A stretch of 41,125 nt of DNA, from NCBI RefSeq assembly GCF_013248915.1, contig NZ_JABNNE010000050.1; one strand, 5' to 3'. Made by a program: the position numbers and the translations under genes. Origin of the DNA: Corallococcus exiguus (lineage in GTDB: Bacteria > Myxococcota > Myxococcia > Myxococcales > Myxococcaceae). Shown in pieces: positions 37,595 through 41,125 of this stretch (its first letter is position 1; each line of letters begins with the position of its first letter). The notes below the pieces were generated by a model. That model searched no databases, was not told where the DNA came from, and saw only the letters and a program-made list of their open reading frames with translations.

Positions 37595-37944
37595 TGAAGT
37601 TGCAGGACCTTGTCGAGCAGTTCGTCGAGAACGTAGTCGCGCAGAACGAGGCCATCTTCCGGGGAGACGCCAAGACGGGAAACAAGCACGCCAGGAAGTA
37701 CGGTGCCGCCGTCGATAAGCTCCTGGCCCACGGCAATGCCGGACGTGACGCTCTCGCCGTACTGCTCAAGCATGAGCGCATGGACGTGCGCGTGATGGCT
37801 GCCGCGCATCTGCTCCGCTATCGGACGGCCGAAGCCAAAGCGGTCCTGGAGGAAGCGGCCAAGGGGCAGGGGCTGGTCCCGTTCGGAGCGCAGCAGGCAT
37901 TGAAACGTTGGGAAGAAGGAACCTGGGCGCTCGATCCTGAGTAG
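37591..37944 (+). CDS. putative cognate immunity protein (all-helical, 116-117 aa)
   Basis: Start (GTG 37591 or ATG 37594 with RBS AAAGGGG) overlaps the toxin stop (GTGATG); small cytoplasmic helical protein, the typical size and placement of an immunity gene. Confidence 0.5.
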   Translation: MMKLQDLVEQFVENVVAQNEAIFRGDAKTGNKHARKYGAAVDKLLAHGNAGRDALAVLLKHERMDVRVMAAAHLLRYRTAEAKAVLEEAAKGQGLVPFGAQQALKRWEEGTWALDPE

Positions 37945-38136
37945 TTCTGATCGTGGCTGAGGAGGCCATGGCGCGCGCGGGCATCTCCGGCGCGCAGGTC
38001 ACAGCTTTCACCGTCCAGGTGCAGCCAATGGACGGACGCGGGTGAAGCGCCATGGACTCGCCACCCACCCCACTCCAGAGGGAAACCGGCCGCCCCTCCA
38101 GCCCTCCGAGCACCTCGCGGCTCGGGGTGGCGGGGA

Positions 38137-38201
38137 TTCAAAACCGGTGAGGGACTGCGAGAGCAGTCCCTGGTGAGTTCGATTCCCGTTCCCTACCGCC
38201 A
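38137..38201 (+). repeat. attR-like partial tRNA 3'-half copy (direct repeat of 33847..33911)
   Basis: TTCAAAACCGGTGAGGGACTGCGAGAGCAGTCCCTGGTGAGTTCGATTCCCGTTCCCTACCGCCA; 5' half of the tRNA is absent. Confidence 0.65.
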
Positions 38202-38331
38202 ATATCAACGCGAGACAGATTGACGTCCCGGAATGAGACGCCGGCGGCCGGCAACCGGCCGTGAATCCGGGAAGCGGGGCGCACGATATCTGCATGCAGG
38301 GCGTGTCCTCCGCTGAGAACTCCGGCCTGCC

Positions 38332-39534
38332 ATGCTCACGCTCCCTGACGTAGCCACAGAAACGCGCGTTGCACGGGTTCGCAAGGCGCTCTCCGAGGAG
38401 CTGTTCTTCGTCCGCGGCGTCAGCCTGCTGCTCGTGGTGCTGGTCCATGTGATTGGCGTGGAGCCCTTCCAGGGGTTGCGCAAGCTCTTCGCTCCGGAAC
38501 GTGCGGAGTTGCGGTTCGCGGCGGAGCTCATCCACAGCTTCAACATGGCGGTGATGATCATCGGCTCGGGTGTGGCGGTGTCGCTCTTCGGCGCGCCGGA
38601 ATCGTCCTTTCGGGAGTTCGTGCACAAGAAGCTGCGCAAGCTCGTCATCCCCATGGGGGTGTGGGCCCCCGTCTTCCTCTACACCCATGAACTCTCCCAG
38701 GCGCGCCCGCGGACACCTGGCGGATGGCTGGCGCTGCTGGGCCAGTTCCCTGCCGCGTGGTTCCCTCCGTACGCCATCTTCTGGTTCATTCACGCCCTGG
38801 TGGGATGCACCTGTCTGGCGTGGGTGTATCAGCGCATCGTGCCCGCCCGGTATCACTGGGACGGGCTGAGCTACCTGGGCCTGTCCTGGGTGCTGTATGC
38901 CGCTGTCGAGGCCCTGGACTCTCCCCTGTCTGGAATTGGGATGAGATACCTCCGCTTCATCCTCTTCTGGAACTGCCTCTTCGGTCTGGGAATGAGCCTG
39001 TCTCCCTGGCTGGTGCTGGCGCGCACCCGGCTGTCCCAGTGGCCTCTGGCGCTCCAGGGACTGGTGCCCTTGGGATTCCTGGGACTGCTGGTCTCGTTCC
39101 ATGTCTCGGGGCTCGCGGAGGGGCTTCTGGATCCGCGACTGATCACGGGGCCGCTGGGCTTCTGCATGCAATTCACCCTGGCCATCTTCCTCCTGGGTGC
39201 CTCGTGGAAGGGATTGGCGATCCGGCTTGTCTACCTGGGCTCGATCAGCATGCCCCTCTACCTGTTCCACATCTATTTCGTGTCCGGGATGCGACTGGCT
39301 TTGGGCAAGGTGCTGCCAGGAGCGCCGCTCGTGCTGCACCTGGCGCTGGGCTCACTCGTCGGGCTGATGGGACCCCTGGGCCTCTACCTCCTCCTGGAGA
39401 GGAACCGTGCCTTCCGGTGGAGCATCGGTCTGCCGGGTGTCCCTTTGGACACGCCCGGCCTCGGCGCGGATGAGTCCCCTGGCACCCGGCCACGGCGGGT
39501 GGAGGCATCAACCATGAAAGGGGCCGACGTATGA
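38332..39534 (+). CDS. polytopic membrane protein, acyltransferase-3 (OafA-like) family candidate
   Basis: ~10 predicted TM helices; N-terminal R-x10-VRGVSLLLVVLVH resembles the acyltransferase_3 RG...H start motif. Confidence 0.5.
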   Translation: MLTLPDVATETRVARVRKALSEELFFVRGVSLLLVVLVHVIGVEPFQGLRKLFAPERAELRFAAELIHSFNMAVMIIGSGVAVSLFGAPESSFREFVHKKLRKLVIPMGVWAPVFLYTHELSQARPRTPGGWLALLGQFPAAWFPPYAIFWFIHALVGCTCLAWVYQRIVPARYHWDGLSYLGLSWVLYAAVEALDSPLSGIGMRYLRFILFWNCLFGLGMSLSPWLVLARTRLSQWPLALQGLVPLGFLGLLVSFHVSGLAEGLLDPRLITGPLGFCMQFTLAIFLLGASWKGLAIRLVYLGSISMPLYLFHIYFVSGMRLALGKVLPGAPLVLHLALGSLVGLMGPLGLYLLLERNRAFRWSIGLPGVPLDTPGLGADESPGTRPRRVEASTMKGADV

Positions 39535-39657
39535 ACCCAAATGAAGTGTTTCCTAATCGACAAAATGTTTGTGTTTCAGGGAGGGACGGCCATGCTGGCT
39601 GGCTAAACCAAAGTTCATGGAGGCCCCCTCTGAGCGCCTCCATTCCCCGGAGTTGTC

Positions 39658-41125
39658 ATGGACGTGATGCGAGCCAGCAGGGCCCTGCTGCTGGGACTGG
39701 TCTGTGTTGCAGCAGGCTGTAGCAGCAAGCCGCCAGAAGAGAAAACGCTGACCCACAGCGCTTCGCCGTTGGTGGTGGAGGGGTGGACCGAGACCGCACC
39801 CATGGCGGAGGCTCGGAAATACCACGCGGGTGTCGTGCTGCCTTCCGGCAAGGTGCTGGTGACGGGCGGATACAACGCCAGTGGTTATCTCTCCTCCTCC
39901 ACGCTCTTCGACCCCGCGACCGGTGCGTGGACAGCGGCCGCGCCCATGCCGGAGGCCCGACAGAGTCACGCCCTGACGCTGCTGCCTTCGGGCAAGGTGC
40001 TGGTCGTCGGCGGAGAGAATGCGACGGGCCGCCTGGCTTCCGCGGCGGTGTATTCCCCGGACACCAATACCTGGGCCCCCGCGGGAAGCTTCGCCACGGG
40101 CGTGGCTCGGGCGGCCATGACGACGACGCTGCTGCCTTCAGGCAAGGTGCTGGTGGCCGGCGGTGGAAACGGTACGGGGGCGTCCTTCCGGGTGGATGTG
40201 TATGACCCGGCCTCCGGAAGCTGGAGTGTCGGACCGAACCTGGGCGCGCCGCGTCGCAACCACACGGCGACACTGCTGCCTTCGGGCCAGGTGCTGGTGG
40301 CGGGCGGCGTCGAGAGCGGGAGCCTGGCGACTGCCGAGGTGTACACCCCCTCGAGCAATACCTGGTCGGCGACGGGGAGCCTCGCGACAGCGCGCTACGA
40401 CCATACGGAGACGCTGCTGCCTTCGGGCAAGGTGCTGGTGGTGGGTGGCCGTAACAGCAGCGGACTGTTGGCGACAGCGGAGGAGTATGACCCGAGCACC
40501 GGGCAGTGGAGTGCGACGGGCGCGCTGGGCGCGGCCAGGATGCTGCACACCGCCACCCTGCTGAGCACCGGGAAGGTGCTGGTGGCCGGCGGAATGTTTG
40601 GCAGCGCCGCGACGGCTGCCCTGGCGAACACGGAACTGTACGACCCTGTCACCCGGCAGTGGAGCGCGGCGACGCCGATGGCTGGTGCGCGGTATTCGCA
40701 TGTGGCGGTGTCGCTGGGGACGCATGCCAAGGTGTTGGTGGTGGGCGGCATCGGCGCCAACGCCGCGAGCCAGAAGACGGCGGAGGTGTATGGGTATGAC
40801 GCGTGCGCCGGAGTGACGTGCAACAACTCCCCAGGGTCCTGCCATGAGGCGGCGGGAACATGCAGCAATGGGGTGTGCAGCTACGCGCCGAAGGCGACCG
40901 GGGCCACCTGTGACGACGGCAATGCGTGCACCGGGGCGGACGTGTGCAACGGCGCGGGCGTGTGCGCGGGGAGTGCCACCCAGTGCGGCAGTCCTCCGGG
41001 GCAGTGCTACGAGACGGCGGGAACGTGCAGCGATGGGACGTGCTCCTACGCGTACAAGGCGACGGGCGCCGCGTGTGATGATGGGGATGCGTGTACGGTG
41101 GACGAAACGTGCAACGGGGCGGGCG
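39658..41125 (+). CDS. Kelch-repeat beta-propeller lipoprotein with C-terminal Cys-rich (CxDGxxCT) repeats; 3'-truncated by window end
   Basis: Signal/lipobox LVCVAAGCSS; at least 7 Kelch-type repeats (PR..H.ATLLPSGKVLVAGG); tandem Cys-rich modules CDDGNACTGADVCNGAGVC; not in ORF track because no stop is reached. Confidence 0.7.
   Translation, partial: MDVMRASRALLLGLVCVAAGCSSKPPEEKTLTHSASPLVVEGWTETAPMAEARKYHAGVVLPSGKVLVTGGYNASGYLSSSTLFDPATGAWTAAAPMPEARQSHALTLLPSGKVLVVGGENATGRLASAAVYSPDTNTWAPAGSFATGVARAAMTTTLLPSGKVLVAGGGNGTGASFRVDVYDPASGSWSVGPNLGAPRRNHTATLLPSGQVLVAGGVESGSLATAEVYTPSSNTWSATGSLATARYDHTETLLPSGKVLVVGGRNSSGLLATAEEYDPSTGQWSATGALGAARMLHTATLLSTGKVLVAGGMFGSAATAALANTELYDPVTRQWSAATPMAGARYSHVAVSLGTHAKVLVVGGIGANAASQKTAEVYGYDACAGVTCNNSPGSCHEAAGTCSNGVCSYAPKATGATCDDGNACTGADVCNGAGVCAGSATQCGSPPGQCYETAGTCSDGTCSYAYKATGAACDDGDACTVDETCNGAG

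Larger units (their letters stand above)
33912..38136. mobile_element. ~4.2-kb tRNA-associated genomic islet (integrase-less remnant) carrying nuclease-like gene, IS3 element and toxin-immunity pair
   Basis: Bounded by the full tRNA and a 65-bp direct repeat of its 3' half; contains an IS and AT-rich patches. Confidence 0.5.

Overview
This is a ~70% GC myxobacterial (Myxococcus/Corallococcus-like) chromosomal segment. The conserved backbone is pepN, an SDR oxidoreductase, a LysR regulator, a long-form aromatic amino-acid hydroxylase, the nadC-valS operon, a RomR-like polarity response regulator, a tandem CheW-like protein, a REC-GGDEF protein, an EncC-like encapsulin cargo protein, a hybrid histidine kinase, a stand-alone groEL preceded by a CIRCE-like element, a transglutaminase-like protein and a methyltransferase. 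Four accessory regions stand out. (1) At 13.3-15.6 kb there is a clear homologue of the eukaryotic major vault protein. It sits next to a translationally coupled lipoprotein plus MYXO-CTERM HExxH metalloprotease pair, a LysM + C39-like peptidase and several small Cys-rich secreted proteins. (2) At 33.8-38.2 kb a tRNA-like gene with a UCA anticodon, probably tRNA-Sec, is followed by a ~4.3 kb island. The island is bounded by a 65-bp direct repeat of the tRNA 3' half. It carries a PD-(D/E)xK-like gene, an IS3-family element, and a lipoprotein polymorphic toxin with a C-terminal WHH-type HNH nuclease domain followed by an overlapping putative immunity gene (SitA/SitI-like). (3) At 3.3-4.2 kb a secreted protein is built from three near-identical ~270-bp tandem repeats. 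(4) ValRS carries a ~280-aa C-terminal extension ending in a histone-H1-like AKKA-repeat tail. Many long ORFs in the six-frame track are antisense or alternate-frame artefacts of the high GC content and were rejected.
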